A DNA stretch of 64,000 nt, taken from the NCBI RefSeq assembly GCF_964188315.1, contig NC_135661.1, positions 54,374,001 through 54,438,000 of the forward strand. The letters are read 5' to 3'. Source of the stretch: Podarcis muralis. Lineage: Eukaryota. Under the pieces are notes generated by a model that saw only the letters and a list, made by a program, of their open reading frames with translations, made no database searches and was not told the DNA's origin. Position numbers and translations under genes: made by a program. Shown piece by piece: positions 45,004 to 56,477 of this stretch. Each line of letters begins with the position of its first letter. The first letter of the stretch is position 1.

Positions 45004-48000
45004 CTAGAAAGCAACAGAAGAGACCATTTCATATATCCACAATCAGTTATTTTGAAATCAGAGTCGCCCAAGGTCAGATCTCTTGAGCTGGGAGCATTGG
45101 TGCTGCTTCCTGGGCCATTAGTTGACTTAGGGGTGGTGTACAAAGAGTCTTGTCCAGCCTTGCCCAACTTGGTGTCCTCTAGGTGTTTGGGCTACAACTC
45201 CCATTGATGGCCATAGTGATTGGGGATTGTGGGACCTAGATGGTACTTGGAGGGTATCAGGTTGGGGACAGTTGGTGGTGGTTGGTTTTGCGTTCTGAAT
45301 TCCCATCTTTGAATTCCCGATTCCATTGCCCATCCAGTGTACTAAAATGACTCTTCCCTGCTGAATGAAAATCTAGTGCAAGTTGTACTCTCAGCAACCA
45401 CTGTCCTTTTCTATACATTCATTTACTGTGTCATAAAAGCACCATTCTTTGAGGGGTGTTATTCATACACATTGAAAACCTTTTCCTGTTCCTTTTAAGA
45501 GCATAAGAAAAGCCTGCTGGATCAGGCCAATGGTCCATCTAGTTGAGCATCCTGGTCTCACAATGGCCAACCAGATGGCTGTGGGAATCCTGCAAGCAGG
45601 ACCTGAGAACAAGAGCACTCTTCCCCACTCCTTCCAGCAACTGGTATTCAAAAGCACTACTGTCTCTGACCATGGAAGCAGAGCAGCAGTATGGCTTGTA
45701 GCCATCAATAGCATTCTCTTCCATGAAATTGGCTAACCTTCTTTAAAGTCATCTAAGTGGGTGGCCTTCACTGCCTTGTGAGTTCCATTGTGGTTCAAGT
45801 CACATCCAGTTTGGCCCCCAGATAACAAGGCTCTTCTTAATGAAAGCCATGTGTGAGCCTGAAGGCTTGCTCCAAAAAGAGCAAGATCAAAGTCTGCCCA
45901 GTTGACAATGAATTGGTTGTATCTGGCTCATGAGCATTGATGGCTGGCTAGCCTTCATTCAATAGCATGTGACTTTTTCCTCTCTCACACTGAATTGGGT
46001 AGGATTTAGGGGTTTTTTTGCCCCTTTTCTTCCTTTGGGGCCAGCAGAACCAGTTACCTGTGTGCTGATCCAAAGCTCCTGTAGGTATTGCTGCAACAGA
46101 ACAAAAAGACGAGTTATTCAAGGGCTATGGGGAAGGTGATTGTTAACACTAAGGGGATTTGGGTGCATGTGATGATACTTACACAGTGTTGTAAGGCATG
46201 GGCTTTGGTCCATATCTACTCAAACTTGGGTTCTGGTTGAGGCAATACTAGCATGAAACAGGGGAGAAAGATGATGCTTTAAGTTTTGAACTGAATCTTA
46301 AATCCAAGGTATGTGGGGGTGGAGTGCAGAACCTAACACAAAATATTGCCGTGTAGAGTGCATCTGTTCAGAGTACCAGCCACATCCTCTCTGGGGATGC
46401 TCTATTTCATTTTATTCCCTTCCCTACTCAGTTATCCATTCCCCCCACAACAGACCCTGTGGACTGGACACCCTGGTTGCGAATGTGCCCTTCTTAGAAA
46501 GGTTAGAACCGAGAATCTTTTCCAGCCTGAGGACCACATTCTCTAGGGAGCAACCCTCTGGGGGCCTGTATGCCAGTAGTGGCCAGAGGAAACAGTTGTG
46601 ACTCTTAACCAGGCATAGGCAAACTTGGCCCTCCCGTTGTTTTGGGACTACAACTACCATAATCACTAGCTAACAGGACCAGTGGTTCAGGGATGATGAG
46701 AGTTGTAGTCTCAAAACATCTGGGAGGCCAGGTTTGCCTATGCCTGCTCTTAACCTTTGCCCAGCAGGGCTTTCTGCCAGCCACACAAACTGAGGTTTCT
46801 TTCTACACACACACTGCACTTCTCCCCGCCCCCATCTCTCCATTCTGCTTCCAAGCTAACAAAATTCATTTTCAGAGATTCAAGGATGCTTTCCAGCCAG
46901 GAAACGACCTGAGAAAGGGGCAGTGAGAGACATAGCTTGCAGAGAATCCCAGGGGCCAGAGAGAGGCAAAGGGGGCCGCATTCAGTCCCTGGTCCTGAGG
47001 TCCTTACTCCGCCACCCCAGGTTCAGAAATTCTCTCCAGGGCATCCAGATAAAAGCTGCTTCAGCCACTACCTCCCACTCCTCACCCCAAACATGCACAC
47101 TAGCGAACAACAGTCTCTTACCCGCCAGGTCTGCGTGACGTCAGGTTTTAAGTACCTCACGGCATAACAGCTGAACCCAAGAACTGTGAAAGAAGCACAG
47201 AGGGCTTAATCTCCTGGTCTGCTTTGCCAGCTGTGGCTGATGCAGCTAAGTAGCCACAACTGCGGCATGTTCCTATGTGCAGGCCCAGAGGGAAAGCTGG
47301 GAATGGCAGAGATTTGGCAAGGCTTGCTGTGCAAAAAGCAAGTGCCCCAACTCCTTCCTTCTGCACTGAGTGGATTCAGAATGAGAAAGTAAAGGAAGGT
47401 CAGGAGGGAGGCCAGAGTCAGTCCATGCAATGCTGGGGATTGCTTTGGGATTCCTGCATTTGACAAAGCTCCCCATTCAGGAAAGGAACTTCACACTTCG
47501 CCACTCATAGGAAACCATTTGGGCTGTTAGTAGCATGTCTCTGTGGCCAAGCATTGCCCGGGGCTGATGGGAGTTGTGGTGCAAAACTTCCGGAGGGCAC
47601 CAGGTTGGGGATGGCTAATCCTAATCATTTCCACTAAGTGTTGCTGAAAGACACCAGGGATTGGTGCAAAGACCCTCGTAGTTCTTCTGCCTTCTAGTTC
47701 ACAGAACCTTCTTTCTAATCACTCCTGGCTTGGGAACATTTTTTCATGACCGTTCTATGACCTGGCAAAATCACCATGTGGACAAAGCAAGATCATGGCA
47801 AGACCACAGGCTGGGAAGCACCTGGAGGAGTTTTAGGGGTTGATCCGAGACCTTGCCATGTACTTGACACCTCCCAAAGGCCACTCCCTGGGGAAGCTCT
47901 CACTTTGAGGAGCTGATCAGGCCAGCAAATGGCTGTGGTGCAACTTCCTGAAAGACCGAAGGATGCTGAAGGCAGCTGTACCTCCTACCTTTTTTGCTAA

Positions 48001-48697
48001 AGTTGGGCACCTTGAACTCTCCTGCACTGGAGACAAAGCGAGACCAGTCGTCCATAGCCCTGGTGTAGCTGGGCCATTCTTCCTGGTTGGTGCTGGGCAA
48101 GAGAGGCGCCATCTTCCCTGCTCGGTACTTTTCAGTCAATGACTTGCCCAGCTCCGTCATACCCTGAGCAACGACAAAGTTACTACAAGGCGCTCCTGCA
48201 GTCGGACACAGCAGAGCACAGAAGAGTTTCCTGCTTTCAGTTTAGGGATCACATGTGGTGATGCCCTCCTCAATTTCTGAGGAGGAAATGTGTGCAGATC
48301 AGCTTCCCTCAGCCTGGTGGTCTCCAGCAGTTTTGGCCTACAAATCCCATAGGGGCTGGTGGGAGTTACAGACAGTCCAAAACAGCCAGAGGGCACCAGG
48401 TTGGGAAAGGCTGGCACAGAGCACGCAATGGGCAGTGGCACCAGGTAGATGGGCATCTGTGCCACTTACCCCATGCAACCACCTCAGGCTTTGGGAGAGA
48501 TGGTTAAGTGCAGCTGCATGTTTCTAGGAAGCATGTATGAACACACACTTTTTTCTGCATTGAAATTGCATGTTCAGAATGCACTGATGTCTCCAAGGAG
48601 TAAGTATGACTTTTAGAAGACATCTGAAGGCAGCCCTGTATCGGGAGGTTTTTAATGTTTGATGTTTTAGTATGTTTTGATATATGCTGTGTTGTTG

Positions 48698-48750
<53 letters not shown>

Positions 48751-50302
48751 TACTATTTAAAGCCTCCTATCCTCCTTCCCCCAAGCACACACCTGGATGC
48801 AGAGAAGTTGCTTCCTATATAGAAGCAGCAGCTCATCCAGGCTCTATGGAACTCACTTCCACAGGAGGCTGGAATGGTCACTGACTTAGATGACTTTAAA
48901 AGAGGATTTAGACTAATTCATGGAGGGAAAGGGCTATCAATGGCTACTAGAATAGCCATGATGTCTGCCTCCACAGCTGAAGGAAGCAATGCTTCTGAAG
49001 TTGCTGGAAATCACAGGAGAGGAGTGTTCCTATGCTCATGTTCCGCTCACTGGTTTCCCATAGGCATCTGGTTGGCCACCGTGATCCAGCTGAAGGCTCT
49101 TCTTATGATCTTAAGTTTTGTGCTTTGCTCAAAAAAGCAAATGGGGTGGGGATGGGCGTAATGCACAGGCCACTGAAGGGGCGGCCAGTTAAGGTGGTCG
49201 GATGTAAAACTGTAGAGGGCTCCTGCACCTTTCATAGTTGTGTGGAAGAGGGAATTGCAGCAGGTGAAGTATGCCATGCAAGCAGCATCTGCTGGAATCC
49301 CTCCTTGATCCAACTATGAGAACTTTAGGAGTCCTCTCCCTCACCTGGCCACCCAACACTCTGCAGAGATGGATGGACCACAGGATGACAGCGACAGCAA
49401 CAACAGCAGCAGCAGCAGCATTTGATGGAAGTGACTCACCAGGGATGGGAGGCGCTGGGTGGGCACTCCAGCCAAAGTGAACGTTGCATTTTCAAAATCA
49501 TCTTGGGGGGAGGGGAAACAAACACAAACAAGATGAGTCAGAGATGTCAAGATTACCTGCCCCATCCCAGCTGGCCAAGGGCCCTGCCTCTCTAAAAATG
49601 TCAAGTGAATTGCAGAACGTGCCACTACACCAGAATCCTGGTTTTGGTTTTATAATACAGTATGCAAGTTTCTGGTCCTCATCACCTTGATGCATAGGTG
49701 GACTGAAGGGGAAAGAGAACAGCCCCTGAGGTTTCTAAGTGGATCTGGACCTGAGGTGCCTGCCACTCACTGCCTCCTGTGCTTCTCGCCTGCCACCACC
49801 TCCATCTCCTCCCTCCAGTGCGGCTGCATCCTCCTACCACCTGCTTCTCTCCAGCCTCTTCCCTCTCCTCCTCTGCCACCTTCAGCATGCCAGGGCTTCC
49901 GCAGTCTGCTTCCAGATGGTGGCAGCAGCAGAGGTTTTTTGCCGCAAGTGGTGAAACATCCTGGGCCAGCCCTGTACTCACACAACACCACAAGCAGAAC
50001 AAACTCGGGTCTGGAGTTCAATGCTCAGTCCCCAACCTGGCTTGGCTCTCAATACCAATGAGCCACCTGCCCCAGTTACCTTTGCAGCAAGTGGTGGTTG
50101 TCCTGCAATGCTCGTCTGTGAGCTTGAAGGCCGCGGTGTCCATATCCATCTGCCTTAGCGTCGGCAAGCGGGGGTGATAGATGTGATGCTTCACTCCAGA
50201 CAGCATGACTTTTCTGGGCTCCAGCGGGATGAGGGCCGCCGGAGAGGCGTAGACAGGAGGAGCATCTTGAGGACAGAGGGTCAAATCCAGCATTTGGGCC
50301 AT
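44973..50302 (-). CDS. SPMIP8: Sperm microtubule inner protein 8 (TEPP), complete, 7 coding exons, 216 aa: complement(join(44973..45003,46058..46090,46183..46247,47122..47183,47989..48163,49440..49501,50080..50302))
   Basis: 651 nt, all GT-AG and in phase. [71 protein letters not shown] follow recalled human TEPP; position between ZNF319 and CNGB1 agrees. Confidence 0.93.
46058..46090 (-). CDS. SPMIP8: SPMIP8/TEPP coding exon 6
   Basis: 33 nt; NTYRSFGSAH; ttgcag acceptor, gtaac donor. Confidence 0.88.
46183..46247 (-). CDS. SPMIP8: SPMIP8/TEPP coding exon 5
   Basis: [21 protein letters not shown]. Confidence 0.92.
46610..46746. mobile_element. hAT-superfamily palindromic MITE, 137 bp, intact
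   Basis: TIR CAGGCATAGGCAAAC / GTTTGCCTATGCCTG; perfect 8-bp TSD CTCTTAAC. Confidence 0.92.
47122..47183 (-). CDS. SPMIP8: SPMIP8/TEPP coding exon 4
   Basis: [20 protein letters not shown]. Confidence 0.92.
47989..48163 (-). CDS. SPMIP8: SPMIP8/TEPP coding exon 3
   Basis: GMTELGKSLTEKYRAGKMAP...[20 protein letters not shown]. Confidence 0.92.
48689..48752. repeat. (TGT)n(TAT)n compound microsatellite
   Basis: Read directly. Confidence 0.95.
49440..49501 (-). CDS. SPMIP8: SPMIP8/TEPP coding exon 2
   Basis: DDFENATFTLAGVPTQRLPSL; gtgagt donor. Confidence 0.92.
50080..50302 (-). CDS. SPMIP8: SPMIP8/TEPP first coding exon
   Basis: MAQMLDLTLCPQDAPPVYASP...EHCRTTTTCCK; an acceptor (ttttgcag) lies 2 nt before the ATG. 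Confidence 0.92.
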
Positions 50303-52550
50303 TGCTGCAAAATTAGCCAGAGGAAAGGGAAAGGGGAGTTACCACCTTGCCCATGCTGTCCTCCGGGCAAGTGAAGGCGCCCTCCATCCCTCCAGCAGAA
50401 ACTCTTCCTTGAACTGGAGTTATCTTTGAGCTCACTGTTTGAAGGAGTGGCCTCCTCCTACCAGTGGAAAATGTGGGGGGCAATATTTTTATTCACCAAA
50501 ATGTCTTGGGCCAGCCCTGGGCATTCTTCTGAGCAGAGGGCATGCATAAGACTGGTTTGCAAAGGTCCTCAGGCTGGGATGTGAGCCATCAAGCTCCCAG
50601 AGGACACTGAACACTAGGAGGATCACAAAAGTCTTCTGACTTGTTCATAATCCCTTCCCCTTCCATGCAAAATTATGAAGAAGAAGAATTTTCCAGGACT
50701 TAGAAATGGTTTGAATGCATAACTGCTGTGATCGGGCCACTGGAATTCACGCAGATCAGGGGTGACTGACCTTCCAGCCCAGGGATCTGATCAAGCACAT
50801 TTTTCTGGTTCCCCTAAGACCCAGTAGCAAATCTTGAGGTCTCAGATCTTGCTTTCCATTCTACGCAATAGTTGCAGAGCCCCTTGCAGCGCCCTGAGGC
50901 TCCGTGCCCAGTGTAACCAAACAGGTCATGTTCCCCTAAATCTGCCTCTGCAAGACCCCACCAATTTTGGCAGTCATTGTACAATGGATTTAAAAAATAA
51001 TAATTAACAGCGTTGGTGTCGGCAGAGAGCTTGAAACCTGGTTAGCAGCTATGGACTATGTCTTCTATCAGCCAGTAGGGTTTAAAGGCACTTAGGCTTC
51101 CGGGAATTGTCATCTAGAACTGCTGGGCGGCACCATGTTGGAGAAAGCTAGTTTAAATTAAGTTACGTTTCCAAGCTGGGATGTAACAGAGACCTGTGAT
51201 GAGCCTAAATCAGAAGTGTCTGCTTTCTATCTCCTCTGACATGCACAAAGAGAGGGGAGCATGTGAATGTGAGCCTATAGCTTCCCATGGTTCATGGAAT
51301 GCTGACATCCAAACTGATCCTGTGCTTGCTGTGTCTCAGAGCAGCAGAAGGAACAGAGGTGCAAAGGGCTGTATAGAAATGCTGGAGGTTGCTGGGGGAG
51401 GAAGTTCCTCAGGAAACAAAAGAGCTGCCTTAGGAGTGAACTTCCTCTCTACGTTTGCAAGGACTGTAGCGGCTGCAGCTTCCCAGCTCACAGGGACACA
51501 CGCAAGCAACATGTGTCTTTTATCAAATGTGTCAGAACAAGCAGGGCTCTGCAGGTCCCATTTCCTGCTTCCTGTGGAAGGAATTCAAGGCAGCCTTCAA
51601 AAGCAGCATAGAAAATGTCCTTCCTCCGACTCCATGCACTCAGGACCTGCCAGCCGGCTGTCACAGTTACAGCTCTGCATCACTCTTCCATCCCCGCCTC
51701 ACAACTGCTATTGTGCGGCCCTTTCCATTGAATTATCGTCCTTCCCCACCCCCAATCTGGCAGGCCTACCAGTATTGAAGCAGGCTTATTGATTGCCGAT
51801 AGACTTGCTTCAAAGAGAGTCTCCTGTGCAATGCTAAGCAAGTGCCTCCTCTGTCTTTCACAGAGTTCCAGCAACGAAAAAGCCCCCACGGGGCCTGCCT
51901 CAGGGCTGGAGGGCAGGCAGTGTGGCACACACAGCTCTGCCTTTCAGACCATGTCACTGCCACTCTGTCTGCCCCCTGAGGCACCTGCCTCGCTCTCCCT
52001 AAAGATGGGGGTGAGCTGGCAACCAGAGTGGTTTAGGGAGAAAGCCACTGAGCTCTAGAAGATGAAGATTCCTCCTGGCAGCAGTGCCAGTCTCCTTCAG
52101 GTGCCTTCTAAGACATCCTGCCCATGGCTCATGGAGGGCAGTCTTTTGTCTGAAGGACTCTCTGACCCAAGTCTGGTTGAAGATCAAGAGCCCTTGGAAG
52201 GGAGCAGTGTGGGGGTTTTCCACCAGCAGCTAGGACCCCCACCGCAAACTGAGTGGACACAGAGGACTCCTTGTCTTCCCCCACACCAAAAGATGCATTT
52301 TTATTCAACTTACAGCATTTATTTCTAAATTTGCTTCTATGCATGTCAATTAGCAAATGCAAATATAATGCAAACCTGTCTCTTCTTTGCATGAGGGGCC
52401 GCTGAAGCAACCTCACACCCGCAAGTCCGCAAGAAAAGGGAAAGGAATACCTCATCCAAGGGGAGACCTGCTTTCTTCTCTCAACTTGTTTCCCGTTGCA
52501 GGGCTGAGGGCTCACTTGCCCCTCTAGACATTCTTTGTATTGACCCCCAA

Positions 52551-52651
52551 TTCTCCATGGCAACGGGAAGCCAATACCCCAAGGAACAGTTGGGTGATGA
52601 GGGCAAGGTTGCTAGGTGACTAGAGCGATGTCACTGGAGTTACCTGGTAAC
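52551..52651. promoter_or_regulatory. RFX X-box cluster (CCATGGCAAC 52555-52564, GTTGCTAGGTGAC 52608-52620, GTTACCTGGTAAC 52639-52651), likely SPMIP8 promoter
   Basis: Three matches to the X-box GTNRCC-N0-3-RGYAAC family within 100 bp; CCAAT at 52571. Confidence 0.65.
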
Positions 52652-52847
52652 GGGTGATCTCCCCCATTCACCAGGGCTAAAAGAAGGAAGTGTCGTGCCT
52701 GAGGTTGTAGTACCTGCTGTGGCCACTAGCCGGCCTGTGCAGGAAAAGGCCAAGGAGAAGTTTTTAGACAAAAACACCCACCCACCCTCTGTGCTGGTCC
52801 AGGAGGAAAGGAATCAAGAAAAGAATTGAAAATAAAACTGCCAACGT

Positions 52848-53431
52848 AATAATGCCATTAGAAAAACCTATGATGTGACCACTTTTGGAATACTGTGTAC
52901 AGTTCTGGTCAGCTTACCGCAAAAAGGATGTTGTAGAGTTGAAAAAGGTTCAGAAAAGGGCAGCCAAAACGATCAGGTGGATGGGGCGACTCCCCTATGA
53001 GGAAAGGCTGCAGCACTGGGGACTTTTTAGTTTATAAAGTTATACATGGCATGAAGAAAGTGGGTGGAACTCGTGGGTGGCTGGTAAAGCTGGCTGTTGG
53101 AAGATTCAGGACACAGTGCATAGTTATACTGTGGAACTCACTCCCACAGGAGGCAGTGATGGCCACTGAAGTAGATGGATTAAAAGAGGATTAGACAAAT
53201 TCATGGAGGAGAGGGCTTTCGGCAATTGCCACCCATGACAGCTGTGCTCAGCCTCCATGGTTGGAAGCAGCAATGCTTCTGAATACCACTTGGTGGAAAC
53301 TATGTGAGGGAAAATGCTTTTGTGCCCAAATCCTGCTTTGCAGGTTTCCCATCCATCTGGCCGCTCTGAGAACAGGATGCTGGACTAGATAGGCCATTGG
53401 CCTCATCCAGAAGGCTCTTCTTACATCCTTA
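52848..53431 (+). mobile_element. CR1 LINE 3' end (second subfamily, CTTATGTTCTTA-type tail), between the SPMIP8 and CNGB1 promoter regions
   Basis: RT C-terminal remnant (HFWNTVYSSG; LWNSLPQEAVMA). Shorter copies at about 1283-1369(+), 22610-22764(+), 24195-24362(+), 35640-35722(-), 45496-45790(-), 48845-49113(+), 58905-58982(-). Confidence 0.88.
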
Positions 53432-53735
53432 AGGGCTATAGCAGTTCAACGTTTCAATCCCCAATTGATTTCGTGCACCCTTCTTGTGTTGTTATGTAGG
53501 AGGCTGGGCAGTCAGAAATTGCTGCCTGGTGTCCACTTCCTACCCACAAACAGCAATAGAGAAAGCAGAGTACACCCACACTCCTAGCCTGTCAACTGCA
53601 GCCATTATTTGGAGACCCTTCCTCCCCCCCCCCCCCCCCGCTGCCACATCAGCCTCCACCAGCTCAGTGGTGGTTGGTATCCAACAGGACTGGTGGGGCA
53701 GAAGGCAAGGAGACGAACAGCAGGGGGCACCAGAG

Positions 53736-53871
53736 CCAATCAGAGTTAATGACAGGCAGCAAACTAATTCTGACATTGCCCCCAATCCCCTCCCTGATTA
53801 GCTCTGATTAGGGAGGAAGAAGCTGACAGTCAGGGCTACCCCCTGGAGTGGTTGTAAGAAGGCAGGCAAGT
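53736..53871 (+). promoter_or_regulatory. Distal CRX/OTX site cluster (CTGATTAG twice, 53794-53801 and 53804-53811) followed by a candidate GC donor CAG|GCAAGT at 53865/53866
   Basis: Motifs read directly; role as CNGB1 promoter is inferred. Confidence 0.5.
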
Positions 53872-54180
53872 GGGGACTGGCTGAGGGCTGACAGAAGACA
53901 GTTGTTATTATTGGTAGTAGTCGTAGTAGTAGTACCCCACCCATCTGACTGGGTTGCCCCAGCCACTCCGGGAAGCGTTCAACACATATAAAAGCAAAAT
54001 AAAACTAGCAGGTGCCCTGCTAGTCCCAATGGACCAGCCTCCACCACACCAGACAGGAGGGCTCTGGCCTTCTGGTGCCTCCTTTTCACCCTCTCCCATC
54101 TCTACCAATCCCAGAGTGATTGCCTGCCCGCCAGCACAGCATGATGGAAGTTGTAGTGCAACCACATTTGGAGGGCACTA

Positions 54181-54472
54181 GGAATCCCCGCGGCGGGGTG
54201 CGCTCCCGTTGCTCGGTCCCAGCGCCTGCCAACCTAGCAGTTCAAAAGCACCCCCGGGTGCAAGTAGATAAATAGGGACCGCTTTCTAGCGGGAAGGTAA
54301 ACGACGTTTCCGTGTGCGGCTCTGGCTCGCCAGAGCAGCAATGTCACGCTGGCCACGTGACCCGGAAGTGTCTTCGGACAGCGCTGGCCCCCGGCCTCTT
54401 GAGTGAGATGGGCGCACAACCCCAGAGTCTGGCAAGACTGGCCCATACGGGCAGGGGTACCTTTACCTTTAC
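54181..54472 (+). mobile_element. 5'-truncated Sauria SINE, different subfamily, inserted in a MITE end
   Basis: Shares the core with 9995-10348 but has a different 3' half; ACCTTT tail. Confidence 0.88.
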
Positions 54473-54501
54473 ATTGGCGAAGTCTAACTTAGGGGTTTAG
54501 T

Positions 54502-54744
54502 CAGGGGTCAGCAAACTGTTTCAGCAGGGGGCCGGTCCACTGTCCCTCAGACCTTGTGGGGGGCCGGACTATATTTATTGGGGGGAGGAATGAACGAATT
54601 CCTATGCCCCACAAAAGATGCATTTTAAATAAAAGGGCACATTCTACTCATGTAAAAACATGCTGATTCCTGGACCATCCACGGGCTGGATTGAGAAGGT
54701 GATTGGGCCGGATCTGGCCCCTGGGCCTTAGTTTGCCTACCCAT
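54502..54744. mobile_element. hAT MITE; second copy at 55353-55581
   Basis: Two copies of high mutual similarity; ends CAGGGGTCAGCAAAC / GTTTGCCTACCCAT. Confidence 0.82.
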
Positions 54745-54939
54745 TAAGTGGATGAAAAATCAGCACAAATACCCTTTACAATAGCAGTGACAGCACATAA
54801 ATAGATTTATGTTTAACTCTAAGCCATATCAAAACAAGGGATATTCAGAGCTAAGGTACAATTTTAGTCCTTAGTTTTCTGAGGGCCAACGCAGATAAGG
54901 GAAAACACAATGTAATAACATTTTGTTTGTTCTAAAAAA

Positions 54940-55270
54940 TTGTCCTCTTCTTTGGCGATCATTCATAGCTGGGTAAGATTGTCTTCCATGACCACGGTCT
55001 TAACAGTGAGTCCATAAGTGACTGTGGAGGCCAATTCTGGATCCACATGTCCCTCCATAGTGGGGACATAGGTTTCTGGGTAGGAGTTGATCATGGTGAA
55101 GGTTTGCCCAATGTGCCTTCCTCTTAGCATGTTCTCCCTTTCGTCCTGAGTGTGAGTGTCTTCAAAGCCCATGACACCTTTGGTAAAGGCTGTTCTCCCA
55201 TTGGAGCACTCGCAGGCCATTGTTTCCCAGTTCTCGGTGTTGGTTACTCATATGGCTGATCTCAGCAACC
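54940..55270 (-). mobile_element. RTE-clade LINE 3' fragment
   Basis: LACECSNGRTAFTKGVMGFED followed by a frameshifted C-terminal Cys/His remnant and a GAAGA tail, typical of RTE ORF ends. Confidence 0.75.
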
Positions 55271-56440
55271 CTGAATAACTCTGGAACAGCTGATGAAGGG
55301 GGAGGAGGGAGAAATTCTACTAATCCAGCACAACTTGTTGGTGAATGATAGACAGCGATCAGCAAACTTTTTCAGCAGGGGGCCAGTCCACTGTCCCTCA
55401 GACCTTGTGGGGGGCTGGACTATATTTTGAAAAAAAATGAACGAATTCCTATGCCCCACAAATAACCCAGAGATGCATTTTAAATAAAAGGACACATACT
55501 ACTCATGTAAAAACATGTGGGCCAGATCTAGAAGGTGATTGGGCCAGATCTGGCCCCATGGCCTTGGTTTGCCTACCCATGTGCTAGAGCAATAGTTTCC
55601 TAGCAACCAAGGTGTTAGCTGGGGAAAGGACATTTGGATGATCCAGGAAGAGACTTGCTACTACGGAATAACGTCATCTACACCATTCTTCCACATATGA
55701 GCAAGCCTGGTAAGGAGCAGGCCTATTCAAAGAGATTAGGGGCAGTAGAAAATCCTGTTAGCAGCACAGAGTCAGTGGGAAAGGGATCATCCTTTAATTG
55801 ACAGCATCTGCAATGACACAATTAACTTGACTGGCCTCTGGCTCCCACAGATCGGTCCTGAAGATTGAGAACCCACTCCATCTGCTTTTGGCAGTGATGT
55901 GTGAATGTTCAGTATACGCTTTGTCCAATGCTAGTAAGCCGTGAATGAGTCATATATGGAGCTTTGCCTGCAAAAGTATGAATGTGGCTACATAAACATT
56001 AGCATCTTGGACTGCAGCGAAATCATTCCCAGTCCTCCACTGGGGGCTTCAAGTCACATTTGTACATTGCGGTGCACACCAAAGAGATGTTTTCGCCTGA
56101 TGCCCATTACCTGAGTTGTTTCCCTGCAAATGCAGCACCCCCTCATCCGAACAACAATTTCCATTTTCAAATGGGATGGAAGCAGGTGTGAGGGAAAACA
56201 CTTCAGACTGCAGTATTTCTCAAGAAGCAACAGGATAGGTATGGATTGTGGCCAATGTCATGTGTGCTCACCTTCAAACACCAGCAGTGGGAGTATGCTA
56301 GCGTTAGGAGTCAACAGTAATGTGTACACAACCTCTTGCTAGCTAAGCTCTTTCTGCTCCAGGGCAGATGTTCTCTCATTTGGGTGGTGCCTCCGGTTGG
56401 GCTGCTTTTCTCTCCTGGTTTTTAGAACAACTCAGCCTCC

Positions 56441-56477
56441 CTAATCCAATTAGTTTACTGTGTTATCAGCTAATCCC
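56441..56477 (+). promoter_or_regulatory. Proximal CRX cluster: CTAATCC overlapping CAATTAG (P3 dimer site TAATCCAATTA) and CTAATCCC
   Basis: Consensus K50-homeodomain sites and the PCE-1/Ret-1 core; about 880 bp upstream of the first CNGB1 coding exon. Confidence 0.6.

Noticed and set aside
47982-47989. Alternative SPMIP8 exon 3 donor 7 nt downstream (GAG|GTACAG)
   Set aside because: It would shift the frame; the upstream donor restores the conserved protein.
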